Shown here: in pieces, positions 19,081 to 29,213 of the stretch
How positions within the stretch are numbered: position 1 is the first letter of the stretch
Layout: the number at the start of each line of letters is the position of its first letter
IMG/VR virus record: IMGVR_UViG_3300044998_001357
Coordinates: 64,001-128,000 of that record
From: a virus
Length of the DNA stretch: 64,000 nucleotides
Reading direction: 5' to 3' (one strand)
Notes under the pieces: generated by a model
Told to the model about the DNA's origin: nothing
Databases searched by the model: none
Seen by the model: only the letters and a program-made list of their open reading frames with translations
Made by a program: the position numbers and the translations under genes

Positions 19081-20712
19081 ATGAAAAGGATTCTCTGGTG
19101 TGGCGAAAGCTCGTTCCTAAACACGGGCTTCGCCACGTATTCACATGAGATACTTACACGATTGCATAATACAGGTAAGTATGAGATTATGGAACTGGGA
19201 AGCTATGGGCCATTCGGCGACCCCAGGGCGCACGAACTACCCTGGCTTTACCGAAGCGTGATGCCCGACCCCGGTCAGCCCGCTTTGGTGGAATCCTACT
19301 ACTCCCAGCCAACCTACCAGTTTGGCGAGTGGTGTTTTGAGCAAACCTGTCTGGATTTTTGTCCGGATATCGTGGCAGATGTGCGTGACTGGTGGATGTG
19401 TGAATATCAAGCACGTTCACCGTTTCGCGACAAGTTTTTCCATGTTTTGATGCCGACCGTGGATGCGCTACCCCAGGATGAGCAGTGGATGGCCACCTAC
19501 CTGTCTACAGACGCTCTGTTGACCTACTCCGACTGGGGGGCCGAGGTTCTGCTGAGCCAATCCAACGGGCTGGCTCCGATTCGTGGTTCCGCACCGCCGG
19601 CCGCAGACATGGAGGTGTTCTCGCCGGTTCCCGACAAAAGACAGCACCGCACCCAACTGGGGATTGACCCGGACTGCTTCATTATTGGTACGGTGATGCG
19701 CAATCAGAAGCGAAAGCTTTATCCCGACCTGATTGACGCCTATGTACGGTTTCTGAAAAACGCTCCGGAGTCCATTGCCAGGAAAACCTTTCTTTATCTG
19801 CACACCAGTTTCCCGGACGTGGGCTGGGATATACCACGACTGATTCAGGAAAATGGCGTCGCTTCTCGTTGTGTGTTCACCTACCACTGCCGTTCCTGTA
19901 GAGCCACCTTCCCGAGTTTTTATCAGGATGCTCGTACCTACTGTCGTCGTTGTGGCCGGCAAACCGCCACGCTTCCCAACTCGCACGAGGGAGTGAGTCG
20001 AGAAACGCTGGCGAAGATTCTGAACCTATTTGACTGCTACGTGCAATACGCCAATTCTGAGGGGTTTGGTATGCCTCAGGTGGAGGCAGCCGCCTGCGGA
20101 GTGCCGGTTTTCGCGACGGACTACTCGGCCATGAGCGATGTGGTTCGAAAACTGGAAGGTTACCCGGTCAGGCTACTTCATCTTCTCCGGGAAAGTGAAA
20201 CGCACTGCCTGCGTGCGATTCCCGATAACGCGCATTTGGCCGAGCAACTCATCGCATTTTTCTCCCTGCCGCTGCCGGTTCGTAGCGCCAAGAGGTATGC
20301 AACCCGGAGGGCAGCCGCCAGACACTTCAGCTACGACCGCTCGGCTCAGGTATGGATGGAGGTTTTTGATGGTGTCCAACCCACACGGATGTGGCAAGAA
20401 CCAATAATGCTGTCCCAGGCGGAGCCCTTTGCCCCCCAGGCCGACAACGCCTCCTTTGTTCGCTGGGCCCTAACTCATGTGGCCCGGCGACCCGACCTGG
20501 TGTCGAGTTTTCTGGCTATGCGAATGGTGCGCGACCTCAACTGGGGTTCCACCATGCCGGGAATGGGCGGTCTGTACTTCAACGAGTCCTCAACCCTGGG
20601 CACCCAGCAGCGATTTCAGACCTTCACGCAAGAAGATTGTTATAACGAGTGTCTAAATATGCTGACACTCAAGAATCATTGGGAAGCCAAACGTATGGAG
20701 GCTAAAAATTAA
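19081..20712 (+). CDS. GT-B (GT4-like) glycosyltransferase with zinc-ribbon insertion
   Basis: TGFATY, RNQKRK, EGFGMPQVEAAACG; CRSC...CRRC insert. Confidence 0.88.
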   Translation: MKRILWCGESSFLNTGFATYSHEILTRLHNTGKYEIMELGSYGPFGDPRAHELPWLYRSVMPDPGQPALVESYYSQPTYQFGEWCFEQTCLDFCPDIVADVRDWWMCEYQARSPFRDKFFHVLMPTVDALPQDEQWMATYLSTDALLTYSDWGAEVLLSQSNGLAPIRGSAPPAADMEVFSPVPDKRQHRTQLGIDPDCFIIGTVMRNQKRKLYPDLIDAYVRFLKNAPESIARKTFLYLHTSFPDVGWDIPRLIQENGVASRCVFTYHCRSCRATFPSFYQDARTYCRRCGRQTATLPNSHEGVSRETLAKILNLFDCYVQYANSEGFGMPQVEAAACGVPVFATDYSAMSDVVRKLEGYPVRLLHLLRESETHCLRAIPDNAHLAEQLIAFFSLPLPVRSAKRYATRRAAARHFSYDRSAQVWMEVFDGVQPTRMWQEPIMLSQAEPFAPQADNASFVRWALTHVARRPDLVSSFLAMRMVRDLNWGSTMPGMGGLYFNESSTLGTQQRFQTFTQEDCYNECLNMLTLKNHWEAKRMEAKN

Positions 20713-21814
20713 AGTTCTCTATATTGGTGTCTATCGGGACAATACAGGTTGGGCTCAAGCCGCCCTGGATAACATTCATGCCTTAGACCGCTCGGGTGCC
20801 CAGGTCGTGCCGCGAGCGGTTAAGCTCAACCGCGAAAAGCCCCAGTTGCCGGCCCGGGTCGCTGAGCTTGAGGGTCGCTCCTCGCGGGGGTGCGATGTCG
20901 TCGTCCAGCACCTATTGCCCCACCAGATGGATAGAAATGGTCGGATGCGCAACATCGGACTGTTTTACAGCGAGACCAGCGATTTTCGTGCTTCAAGCTG
21001 GACGGAACACCTCAACCAGATGGACAAGGTGCTTGTTGCGAACCGCCAACAAAAGGAAGCCTGTCTGGTCTCGGGTGTTCGTGCGCCCATCGAGGTGGTT
21101 CCCTGTGCCTTTGATATGGAAAAGTATGCCCGGGCTTACTCCCAGCTAACGGCCCTGCAGCCCTACAAGCAAAGAGGCGATTTTTTGTTTTATACGGTGG
21201 GTGAGATGGTCAGACGCAAGAATCTCAGCGCGCTTCTTAAAGCGTTTCATCTGGAGTTCGAGGTTTCCGAACCGGTTCAGCTGGTGATTAAATCCAATGT
21301 TCCAGGAGAGGGCGAACAAGAATCAAAGAAACATCTTGAGGCGTTTTGTACCAAAATACGAGAAGGTCTCAAGCTGCACCACACCAAACCGGAAATCCTT
21401 TTGCCCCAGCGGTTTACCACCGAAGGGATGATGCGGCTGCACGCCACTTGTGATTGTTTTGTTTTACCCAGCTACGGCGAGGCTTGGTCCCTGCCGGCCT
21501 TTGACGCCATGGCCATGGGCAAAACCCCCATTGTGACTGCGTGTACCGGCTTTCTGGATTATCTGAGCGACTCAGAGGGATGGATGGTGCCCTGGCAGGC
21601 TGAACCGGTGTTTGGCGAAAAGGGTTTTGGCGACCTGTTTACCGGTCATGAAACTTGGTGTAGTGTGAACATTCCCGAATTACGCCGAGCGATGCGAGAA
21701 GCCTACGAAAACCGGGATTTACGAGCAAAGAAGGCGGCGGCAGGGAAGCGGCGGCGTTACGATTTCGCTTACGAGACGGTTGGGCCACGCCTATTACGCG
21801 CGATGGGTGTATAG
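20708..21814 (+). CDS. GT-B (GT4-like) glycosyltransferase (probable ATT start)
   Basis: RRKN, PSYGEAWSLPAFDAMAMG; GGAGG 6 nt before ATT 20708. Confidence 0.88.
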   Translation: MKVLYIGVYRDNTGWAQAALDNIHALDRSGAQVVPRAVKLNREKPQLPARVAELEGRSSRGCDVVVQHLLPHQMDRNGRMRNIGLFYSETSDFRASSWTEHLNQMDKVLVANRQQKEACLVSGVRAPIEVVPCAFDMEKYARAYSQLTALQPYKQRGDFLFYTVGEMVRRKNLSALLKAFHLEFEVSEPVQLVIKSNVPGEGEQESKKHLEAFCTKIREGLKLHHTKPEILLPQRFTTEGMMRLHATCDCFVLPSYGEAWSLPAFDAMAMGKTPIVTACTGFLDYLSDSEGWMVPWQAEPVFGEKGFGDLFTGHETWCSVNIPELRRAMREAYENRDLRAKKAAAGKRRRYDFAYETVGPRLLRAMGV

Positions 21815-21853
21815 GCGATTGGTTCGAAATCACCTCCTGGTCGGGAGCGTACT

Positions 21854-22798
21854 ATGAGTAAGCGAGAACGTGAACGGCACTGGACCCACCTGCGTGATGA
21901 ATCTATTACCGGGCTTTTTAAGTCAAAAATCACCCCCAAAACAACCAATCAACAACGATACATAAAAGCGCTTGAGAGTTCCACGGTAACGATTTGTACC
22001 GGCCCGGCAGGAACAGGAAAAACCTACCTGGCCTGTGCGATAGCCGCCAACCTCTTTCGGGAACATAAAATCGAGCAAATCATTCTCACTCGACCCATTG
22101 TGGGTTGTGATGAGAAAATGGGCGACCTGCCCGGCTCGTTGCTCGAAAAGGTTTCCGAAGATATGCAGCCCATGCTCGATGCCATGCGAGAGTTTTTTTC
22201 CAAACAGGAGGTCGAGAAGATGCTCCTGGAAGAGAAGCTTCTGGTCGTCCCCTTCAGCAAGATGCGCGGCCGGACCTTCAAGCGCTCCTTTGTTGTTCTC
22301 GACGAGGCTCAGAACACCACCTTTCGTCAGATAAAGATGTTTCTCACTCGACTGGGTGAGAAAAGCCGGATGGCGATTTGTGGCGACCATACGCAGAGCG
22401 ACCTGCCCAATCGTGGTGAGAACGCCTTGCTTGAGGTGATTCAGCGTTTCCGGGACCGTTGTCATGCGAGCATCTCGATTGTGGCCCTGGGACGCGAGGA
22501 TATTGTTCGCCACGAACTCATTCGGTGGATGGATGAGCGATTGAGCGATTCGGTAACCTACGCGCCTCAACAAGAGCTTCCCAAAGAAGCTTCTGAGGAA
22601 GATGAGTGTCTGGTCAAGTGCCCCGAGTGTCATAGCACCCTTGCCTGCGACCCTGTTGTTCAGGAGCATCCAGACCCCCTAGTGGAGTGCTGGAATTGTC
22701 AGGTCTGTATCCAGTTGCTGGATGAAGAGGGGGAGTATGACCCCCTGGCTGTGGATGAGGTTCCTCAGTTTATCTCGCGAGTACCCAAAGATGTCTAA
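21854..22798 (+). CDS. phoH: PhoH-like ATPase with C-terminal zinc ribbon
   Basis: GPAGTGKT, MRGRTF, LDEAQN, LTRLG, GD..QSD; CPEC...CWNC. Confidence 0.92.
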   Translation: MSKRERERHWTHLRDESITGLFKSKITPKTTNQQRYIKALESSTVTICTGPAGTGKTYLACAIAANLFREHKIEQIILTRPIVGCDEKMGDLPGSLLEKVSEDMQPMLDAMREFFSKQEVEKMLLEEKLLVVPFSKMRGRTFKRSFVVLDEAQNTTFRQIKMFLTRLGEKSRMAICGDHTQSDLPNRGENALLEVIQRFRDRCHASISIVALGREDIVRHELIRWMDERLSDSVTYAPQQELPKEASEEDECLVKCPECHSTLACDPVVQEHPDPLVECWNCQVCIQLLDEEGEYDPLAVDEVPQFISRVPKDV

Positions 22799-23204
22799 CT
22801 GGTTTCGTCCCGCCCCGGCACCCACACCACCTGGGCCTCAGGTTCGAGCGGAACTGGTTTTCGCTCACAATCTTCGACGACGCACCCCCCTGGTGGAGAA
22901 TCAGCAACTCCATCAGGCAGCCCAGAACCACGCCACACAAATGGCTCGTCTGGGCCGGCTGAGCCACATCGGCCCTGGCGGTAGCACTGTACGCTCTCGA
23001 GCAGCCCAGGCGGGCTACATTGGACAAATGCTGGGAGAAAATATCGCATTTGGACAAAGGACAGTTAGCGAAGTTATGGCTTCGTGGATGGGAAGCCCCG
23101 GACACCGAAGAAACATCGAGGCGGACTTCCGTGATATCGGCGTAGGTATCGCATTTGATGCTAACGGAAGAATTTACTGGTGTGTTGTTTTTGGAAGGAG
23201 ATAA
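22791..23204 (+). CDS. CAP/SCP domain protein
   Basis: HN..R, AAQNHA..M, GENIA.G, WMGSPGHRRNI, YWCVVFG. Confidence 0.9.
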   Translation: MSNWFRPAPAPTPPGPQVRAELVFAHNLRRRTPLVENQQLHQAAQNHATQMARLGRLSHIGPGGSTVRSRAAQAGYIGQMLGENIAFGQRTVSEVMASWMGSPGHRRNIEADFRDIGVGIAFDANGRIYWCVVFGRR

Positions 23205-23309
23205 TATACAACGAGGCTCCTTGTTTTTCAGCATTGGTCTGCCCTCGCTCGTATGTGGACCTGCTTCCGGCGTTTAATCTATGACAACCATATTTAATTG
23301 AGTGATGTA

Positions 23310-24359
23310 ATGGCAAATGTTGTTGGCACCCTCACTCGCGCCGCCACGCGTCGAGACAATGAACCGCTAAATATCCTCACTTTTCCGACCCACGAGCGCT
23401 ATCAGTCGCAATTTGCCGAGATGTCCGCGAACTTTTACCTGGTGCGAGCCCCCCAGGTCAAGGACTGGAACCCGACCTACGCTACAGTGCCCGACAATCA
23501 TATCCTGCTCGACCCGGCCCTGGGCGAGAAGCAAATTCCTGCCCATGTCGATTTTGATTTGGTGCTTAGCCAGAACAAGTTTGGTCAGTATCAGCTAGCT
23601 CAGCAGATTGCTCGCTCGTTGCAGCTACCGCTGGTGAGCCTTGAACACACTTTGCCTCACCCGGACTGGTCCCGAGCCAAAATTGAAGCCATGAAGCAGC
23701 TTCGCGGAGACATCAACGTCTTTATCAGCGAGTATTCGGTGGAGCAGTGGGGCTGGAGACTCGATGACCCCAGTGTCCAGGTTGTTCATCACGCAGTAAA
23801 TACGGATGTCTTCTCTCCAAAAATTGAAACATCCAAGAATAGGCATATTTTATCAGTTGTTAATGATTGGATTAATCGCGACTGGTGCTGTGGTTATTCT
23901 CTCTGGCGTGAGGTTGTTGATGGGTTACCCACCCATGTCCTAGGAGATACGCCGGGGCTTTCCTCGCCCGCTCCCAACGTCGCCGGACTTGCGCTTGCCT
24001 ATGCCATGTCCGCCGTGTTCCTCAACACAAGCCTGATTAGCCCGGTTCCCACGGCCCTTCTGGAGGCTATGTCGTGCGGGTGCGCCGTTGTTTCCACGGC
24101 CACTTGCATGATTCCATCCATCATCGAGAATGGGGTCAATGGATTTATCTCCAACGACCCGGCGGAGCTTCGCAGGTACTGCGAGCTTCTTCTGGACGAC
24201 CCAAAACTCCAAAAGAAGCTCGGGCAGGCGGCACGAGAAACCATTACTCAGCGATTTAGCATCAAACAATTTCTCGGCAGGTGGGAAGCCATTTTTCGTC
24301 ACGCTGCCGAGATGGCCTGGACAGGAGAAAAACATGAAAATTCGCATCAATGTTCGTGA
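23310..24359 (+). CDS. GT-B (GT4-like) glycosyltransferase
   Basis: NTDVFSP, PTALLEAMSCG, IENGVNG. Confidence 0.88.
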   Translation: MANVVGTLTRAATRRDNEPLNILTFPTHERYQSQFAEMSANFYLVRAPQVKDWNPTYATVPDNHILLDPALGEKQIPAHVDFDLVLSQNKFGQYQLAQQIARSLQLPLVSLEHTLPHPDWSRAKIEAMKQLRGDINVFISEYSVEQWGWRLDDPSVQVVHHAVNTDVFSPKIETSKNRHILSVVNDWINRDWCCGYSLWREVVDGLPTHVLGDTPGLSSPAPNVAGLALAYAMSAVFLNTSLISPVPTALLEAMSCGCAVVSTATCMIPSIIENGVNGFISNDPAELRRYCELLLDDPKLQKKLGQAARETITQRFSIKQFLGRWEAIFRHAAEMAWTGEKHENSHQCS

Positions 24360-24771
24360 TGGTAATGTAGTATCTCCTGGATATGTTGCCGTATCACTGG
24401 ATGAGCTTGGTATGGCGGTGGACGACGGAGAAGCTACGGAAATCATCGCATATAATGTAATTGATTGTATTTCACACAGGACTGTGGATGATTGTTTGGA
24501 TGCCATCTTGCGCAAGCTTGCACACGGCGGACTGCTGGTTATCAGTGCCTGCGATTACCAGGCAGTTGCTCGTGCCATCACACAAGGAAGGCTCAATCCC
24601 GAAGAGGTCAATGACCTACTGTATGGACCCCAGGATGCGGGTTTCTGGAGTACGCGCAAATCGGCTTACTCTATGGATATGTTGGTAAATTACTTTAAGC
24701 ATAAAGGATACACAATTGAATCAGCGCGTTTCGATTTATATCAGGTGGTTCTATCTATTCGGAGGCCATAA
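24334..24771 (+). CDS. Degenerate class I SAM methyltransferase-like protein
   Basis: EII..NVIDCI....RKL.HGG.L.I...D resembles the C-terminal half of methyltransferases; no clear GxG motif. Confidence 0.5.
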   Translation: MKIRINVRDGNVVSPGYVAVSLDELGMAVDDGEATEIIAYNVIDCISHRTVDDCLDAILRKLAHGGLLVISACDYQAVARAITQGRLNPEEVNDLLYGPQDAGFWSTRKSAYSMDMLVNYFKHKGYTIESARFDLYQVVLSIRRP

Positions 24772-24974
24772 TGGCTGTATCTCTAAGACCATTACCAAAC
24801 AACCAGCATCCGGCGTTTGAAGAAACTATCTACAACCTGTATTGCGATATCTGTCAGGGATGGTTCGGTCGAAAACCCGATGGAACATGGCCGGACCGAT
24901 GCCCAGTTTGTGAACCAAACAAGGAACTAAAAAAGAATGAACGAGCTATCTCCCGTCCACACGAGTTGCAGTGA
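24771..24974 (+). CDS. Small zinc-ribbon protein
   Basis: CDIC...CPVC, GGAGG RBS. Confidence 0.65.
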   Translation: MAVSLRPLPNNQHPAFEETIYNLYCDICQGWFGRKPDGTWPDRCPVCEPNKELKKNERAISRPHELQ

Positions 24975-25752
24975 GTGTATCTTTGCCCAGTATCATGAGA
25001 AGTCTCAGATTGGCTGTAACTTTCCCACCGATGAGGGGAGCCGACTTTCCGTTTTCTACAAACAAAACAAGGTTCTGGACGCCACCAACAACAAGCTCAA
25101 CTTTGCGATTATCAACGGTCGCTATTGTGTTGCCAAGCGTGAGTCGCACTGGGGTTCCCAGCGACCTCAGGAAACCTGGGTTTCGACCGTTCAGAAAGAG
25201 CTTGAGCAAAAGGTGGATATTCTGATTCCGGTTCAATCTCACGTCGATACTCTGCGGTTGCCCGAGACCCTGCGAAGCCTTAGGGAGCAGGAGCTTGCGC
25301 CGCACAGCCTGGTGGTGGTTAACAACCAGACCGACGTTCCGGTAGAAACGCTTCATCAGACCATTCAGCAGATGGCCGGTGACCTGAACTGGTTTACAAC
25401 CACCATTGCCGAGCGTACCGAGGAAAATCGTCCGGTGTCGCTGGGACGGGCTCTGGATATCGCCATCCGAAATCTACGGGGACACTTCTACGGCTTTTTC
25501 TTTGCCGGCACAGTGATTCCCAAAAACTATGTCTCAACCATTAACCGCAAGGTTCTCAACCTGGAACAGTTCGCCGTCCTTATAAGCAAATTCATTCCTG
25601 GTCACATGACCGTGGCTCTGTCGTTTCACCGACAGGTGGGTGGATTCCAGCCCACGGAAATCGCCGATGATGTGCTGGCCAAAGCCAGGCATCTGGCCAT
25701 GGTCCACGAGACACCCTGGCTTGTTGGTGAACTGGAGAATCTATGCGTGTAA
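24937..25752 (+). CDS. GT-A-like protein with Cys-rich N-terminus
   Basis: VDILIPV, LVVVNN, GRALD; CSEC..C..C N-domain; DxD not evident. Confidence 0.55.
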   Translation: MNELSPVHTSCSECIFAQYHEKSQIGCNFPTDEGSRLSVFYKQNKVLDATNNKLNFAIINGRYCVAKRESHWGSQRPQETWVSTVQKELEQKVDILIPVQSHVDTLRLPETLRSLREQELAPHSLVVVNNQTDVPVETLHQTIQQMAGDLNWFTTTIAERTEENRPVSLGRALDIAIRNLRGHFYGFFFAGTVIPKNYVSTINRKVLNLEQFAVLISKFIPGHMTVALSFHRQVGGFQPTEIADDVLAKARHLAMVHETPWLVGELENLCV

Positions 25753-26522
25753 TTGCTATTGTTCCGTGTCACAACCACGAACAATGGGTGGGAGATGCCC
25801 TCGAGTCTCTGTGGAGGCAGCAGGAACCTCCGTGTGGGGTGGTGGTGGTCAACGATGGCTCCACCGACAATTCGCGTGCTGCGGTTCTAGGAGGTCTGGT
25901 TCAGCACCATCCTCTGAAACTGCCGCTGAGCACCCCGCCTGGGGAGTCGGTACTCGGATTCTGGAAGAGATTGCCGGTGTTGTATCTGGGTTACCTCCAT
26001 GCTCGCGGCCCCTCGTTCGCCCGAAACCGGGGACTGGAGGTTGGGCGGATATTCCCCGATTTTGACAGCGATATTGTGGCATTTCTGGACTCAGACGACA
26101 TCTATGAGTTTGGGAAAATCGCTCAAAGCGCTTCGCTTTTGCGTCAGTACGAGGGTGAGGTGGGGGTGGTCTATTCGGACTACGACACCATTCGCCCCGA
26201 TGGGTTGCGCATCCGCCACTTCAAGGAGCCGTTCTCTCGTCGTCGTCTGCTTCAGGAATGTATTGTCAATTGCGACTCTCTGGTGTTGCGCAGTGCCCTG
26301 GAAAAGGTAAATGGTTTTGACGAAGAACTTCGGGTCTGCGAAGACTACGATTTGTGGCTTAGAATTAGCGAGCATTATGCCATTATGCATGTAGCCCATT
26401 CGCTGGTAACCATTCGGGTTGGACCTCATAGTTCGACCACCAAGGTTCGCTCGGAGATTTGGCAGAGGTGCTGGCAGCGAGTGGCCGAAAAAACAAATCA
26501 GCGAAACCAAAGAATATGTTAA
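25743..26522 (+). CDS. GT2 glycosyltransferase
   Basis: IVPCHN, VNDGSTD, ARNRG, FLDSDD, GFDE, EDYDLWLR. Confidence 0.92.
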   Translation: MRVIAIVPCHNHEQWVGDALESLWRQQEPPCGVVVVNDGSTDNSRAAVLGGLVQHHPLKLPLSTPPGESVLGFWKRLPVLYLGYLHARGPSFARNRGLEVGRIFPDFDSDIVAFLDSDDIYEFGKIAQSASLLRQYEGEVGVVYSDYDTIRPDGLRIRHFKEPFSRRRLLQECIVNCDSLVLRSALEKVNGFDEELRVCEDYDLWLRISEHYAIMHVAHSLVTIRVGPHSSTTKVRSEIWQRCWQRVAEKTNQRNQRIC

Positions 26523-27214
26523 CCCAGAAAGAGATACCATTCTATGAGTGGTTAGATATTATCATTCCTGTGGCGGGTTCTCGCCTAAGTTCCTACGGCG
26601 GGGTGGGTTCTATTTGGTTGGGTAAAGAGACGGTCCTTCAGCGTCAGATTCGTTTATTAGACGGGGTCTTTCCCGGTGCGAGATTTTGGATTGTGGTAGG
26701 AAAGGGGGTGGAATTGCCCCCGCTTCCTCCCTCGGTGACGGTCCGGGTGGTTCGCAACAACGACCCCAACAGCAATGTCTCTCATAGTATTCGGCTGGCC
26801 GCAGAGCAAACCCAACCCCCCAATACGTGCTTAATCATCTATGGGGATTTGGTCTTTAGTCGGTCCTTTCTAGACCGCTTGGATATTCGGCGTTCCATTG
26901 CCGTCTGCTCCAGAGGGAGCGAAGAATCCGACCACATCGGTATCACCAATCTAGAGGGGCCCATCGAGATTTTCTCCTACGGGTTGCCCCATCGCTGGCT
27001 ACAGATTTGTGTTTTGCAGCCGCGAGAGAAAAAGCTTTTCGTCAAAGCGGCGTCGGAATCCTACCGCAAACGGTTTTTGGGACATGAGATTCTTAACGAG
27101 GTCATCGAGGCCGGAGGTAGTCTCGATGCGTGGACCCCCTCTATTTCTTTGGTCGATATCGACAGTCCTCGGGATATCCCCCGTGCGGTGAGACTGACAA
27201 ACCGCGAGGATTGA
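26516..27214 (+). CDS. Sugar nucleotidyltransferase-like protein (degenerate)
   Basis: IIIPVAG.RL, ETVLQRQ, IIYGDLVF, DIDSPRD. Confidence 0.65.
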   Translation: MLTQKEIPFYEWLDIIIPVAGSRLSSYGGVGSIWLGKETVLQRQIRLLDGVFPGARFWIVVGKGVELPPLPPSVTVRVVRNNDPNSNVSHSIRLAAEQTQPPNTCLIIYGDLVFSRSFLDRLDIRRSIAVCSRGSEESDHIGITNLEGPIEIFSYGLPHRWLQICVLQPREKKLFVKAASESYRKRFLGHEILNEVIEAGGSLDAWTPSISLVDIDSPRDIPRAVRLTNRED

Positions 27215-27264
27215 CTACCTGAATTTCCGGGTGATACTCCGTCCTGGAATTCAGGAGAAGCACC

Positions 27265-28305
27265 ATGCGAGTTTTGTGTGAATTCACGCCGTGCGGACCA
27301 TCGTATGTTCGCTCGGGGTGGGGTCGAGTTTTTCAAGCTCTTGGTCATGAGTTTGTTTTTTGGAATCCGCAAACCAAACCAGCCTTTGATATGTTTGCAG
27401 AGTTTGAACCCGACCTTTTTCTGGGTTGTACCTACTCGGTTGACCGCGCAGTTTACAAATGTATTGCCTCCCGACCTCAGATGAGGGTCGCCCTATTTGC
27501 CAGTGCGTGGGGTCATTACCTCCGGGATGTTAATTTGGAGCAGTACCCTCTGGTGGTGGTCACCGAGCAGGAAAAGCGCACCATCGAGCAACTCAAGAAG
27601 CAAACCGGCCGACCGGACTTTGTGTTTATCCACGCTCACGGCCCCTGGCTGGAGGGGACACTCTCCGGCTGGAAGGAAATTGGTGTCGATACCTGCGGCA
27701 TCCTCAACGCGGCGGATGTCTTTGTTTACGCCAACAGCGTGTCGCGACCCGAGTTGGCCTGCGACATCGGTTTTGTGGGGGGTTACTGGCCCTACAAGGC
27801 CCGTAATCTCGACCGCTATCTGTTGCCTTTGTGTCACCCGCAGAAGGGTCTCAACATCCGAATCTTTGGTAATCAGCCCTGGCCGGTCCATTCCTACCTA
27901 GGTACTTGCGACGACCGTATTGCTCGCGACCTGTTTGCCTCGGCCACCGTCTGCCCCAATATCTCCGAACCCCACAGTACCGATTTGGGCTGGGATGTGG
28001 TCGAGCGAGTCTTCAAAGTGCCCGCAGCGGGTGGGCTTCTGGTTTGCGATGCGGTCCAGGAGGCAATCGACCTCTTTGGGGATGATTTGTTGGTGGTGAT
28101 TAGCCCCTTTGAACTGGAAGAGGCTGTTCAACATTTCAAGAAAAACCCCCATCTGCGGCAACACTATATCAAGCGAATGCAAGAAAGGGTTCTGATTGAG
28201 CACACCTATCATCATCGTGTTGCGACCATGCTCAACAAGCTGGATATGCCGGATGAAGCCGAGAAGTGCATTTTACACCTTAAATCCATGATTGGGAGTA
28301 TCTAA
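27265..28305 (+). CDS. CgeB-like GT-B glycosyltransferase
   Basis: DIGFVG, NIS...ERVFKVPAAGG, EHTYHHRV. Confidence 0.8.
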   Translation: MRVLCEFTPCGPSYVRSGWGRVFQALGHEFVFWNPQTKPAFDMFAEFEPDLFLGCTYSVDRAVYKCIASRPQMRVALFASAWGHYLRDVNLEQYPLVVVTEQEKRTIEQLKKQTGRPDFVFIHAHGPWLEGTLSGWKEIGVDTCGILNAADVFVYANSVSRPELACDIGFVGGYWPYKARNLDRYLLPLCHPQKGLNIRIFGNQPWPVHSYLGTCDDRIARDLFASATVCPNISEPHSTDLGWDVVERVFKVPAAGGLLVCDAVQEAIDLFGDDLLVVISPFELEEAVQHFKKNPHLRQHYIKRMQERVLIEHTYHHRVATMLNKLDMPDEAEKCILHLKSMIGSI

Positions 28306-28307
28306 AA

Positions 28308-28622
28308 ATGGAGATGGAAACAGTTCGTCAGTACGACCAAGACCGCTGCCTTCTTCGGTTTAATAACGGCTATGTGGTGGAGGCGGCCGTTCTTATCTGC
28401 CGGGACGAGCACGGCAATCCGGATGTCGACGAACGCCGAATTACCCTGGTCGACCCGTGTGATGGTCAGCCCAATATGCGGGTGGTTGTGGAAGCTACCG
28501 TATCCCGAAGCAAAATCCGGCATGTGGGAATTGCGCTCATTGGCACGCGAATACTCTCGATGAGGGTTGGGGTAAGTGCACGTCAGTCACCAAAATCGAT
28601 ATGTACGAAAACCCCAAGGTAG
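28308..28622 (+). CDS. Hypothetical protein
   Basis: GGGAG RBS, operon position. Confidence 0.5.
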   Translation: MEMETVRQYDQDRCLLRFNNGYVVEAAVLICRDEHGNPDVDERRITLVDPCDGQPNMRVVVEATVSRSKIRHVGIALIGTRILSMRVGVSARQSPKSICTKTPR

Positions 28623-28701
28623 GCGCGCTCTTCCATATTCGTACTCATAAAACGGAAGACGAAACCAAACGAATTTTTGGTGCGCGGCATTCACACAAGC
28701 C

Positions 28702-28944
28702 ATGACACGCTCGGATGCCGTGAATTTCCAGGAAATGCTCTTCGGTCGGGCCATGCTCACCGATATCTGCATGGCCCTACGTAGTGCCTGCAACGGCTCC
28801 GCAGACCCCTGGACGGATTACAAGAAGAGTCAGACTATTCGCTTGCTGAAGGCACGTCTGGCCACCTGGCAACTACCCAGCAACGAGGTGGACGAGGCGG
28901 TGAAACAACTGGTTTGTGCAACCCTGAAAGAGGTGGGTGCGTGA
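28702..28944 (+). CDS. Hypothetical protein
   Basis: ORF coupled to next gene. Confidence 0.5.
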   Translation: MTRSDAVNFQEMLFGRAMLTDICMALRSACNGSADPWTDYKKSQTIRLLKARLATWQLPSNEVDEAVKQLVCATLKEVGA

Positions 28945-29135
28945 TGAGTGGTCAAGAACTTCTTCCTCTGGATAAACAGTGGTGTGTGGTTCGCACCACC
29001 GGTGGTCAAATTTATACCGGAACCATCCATGTTCAGGGGGAGCAAATTCTATTGCTGACGCCCGTGAGTCATGTCATGTTCCCTTGCGAGGCCATCGCCT
29101 TTGCCGAGGCGGTCGCATCCCTCGCTCCTGGTTGA
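28944..29135 (+). CDS. Small beta-rich hypothetical protein
   Basis: GAGGTG RBS, TGATG coupling. Confidence 0.55.
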   Translation: MSGQELLPLDKQWCVVRTTGGQIYTGTIHVQGEQILLLTPVSHVMFPCEAIAFAEAVASLAPG

Positions 29136-29213
29136 GTGAAACTCATCGGGATACTTTTGGTTGTCTGTTTTAGGAGAAAACATGAAGTTAGAACGACTCT
29201 CAGGAAGGAGACC

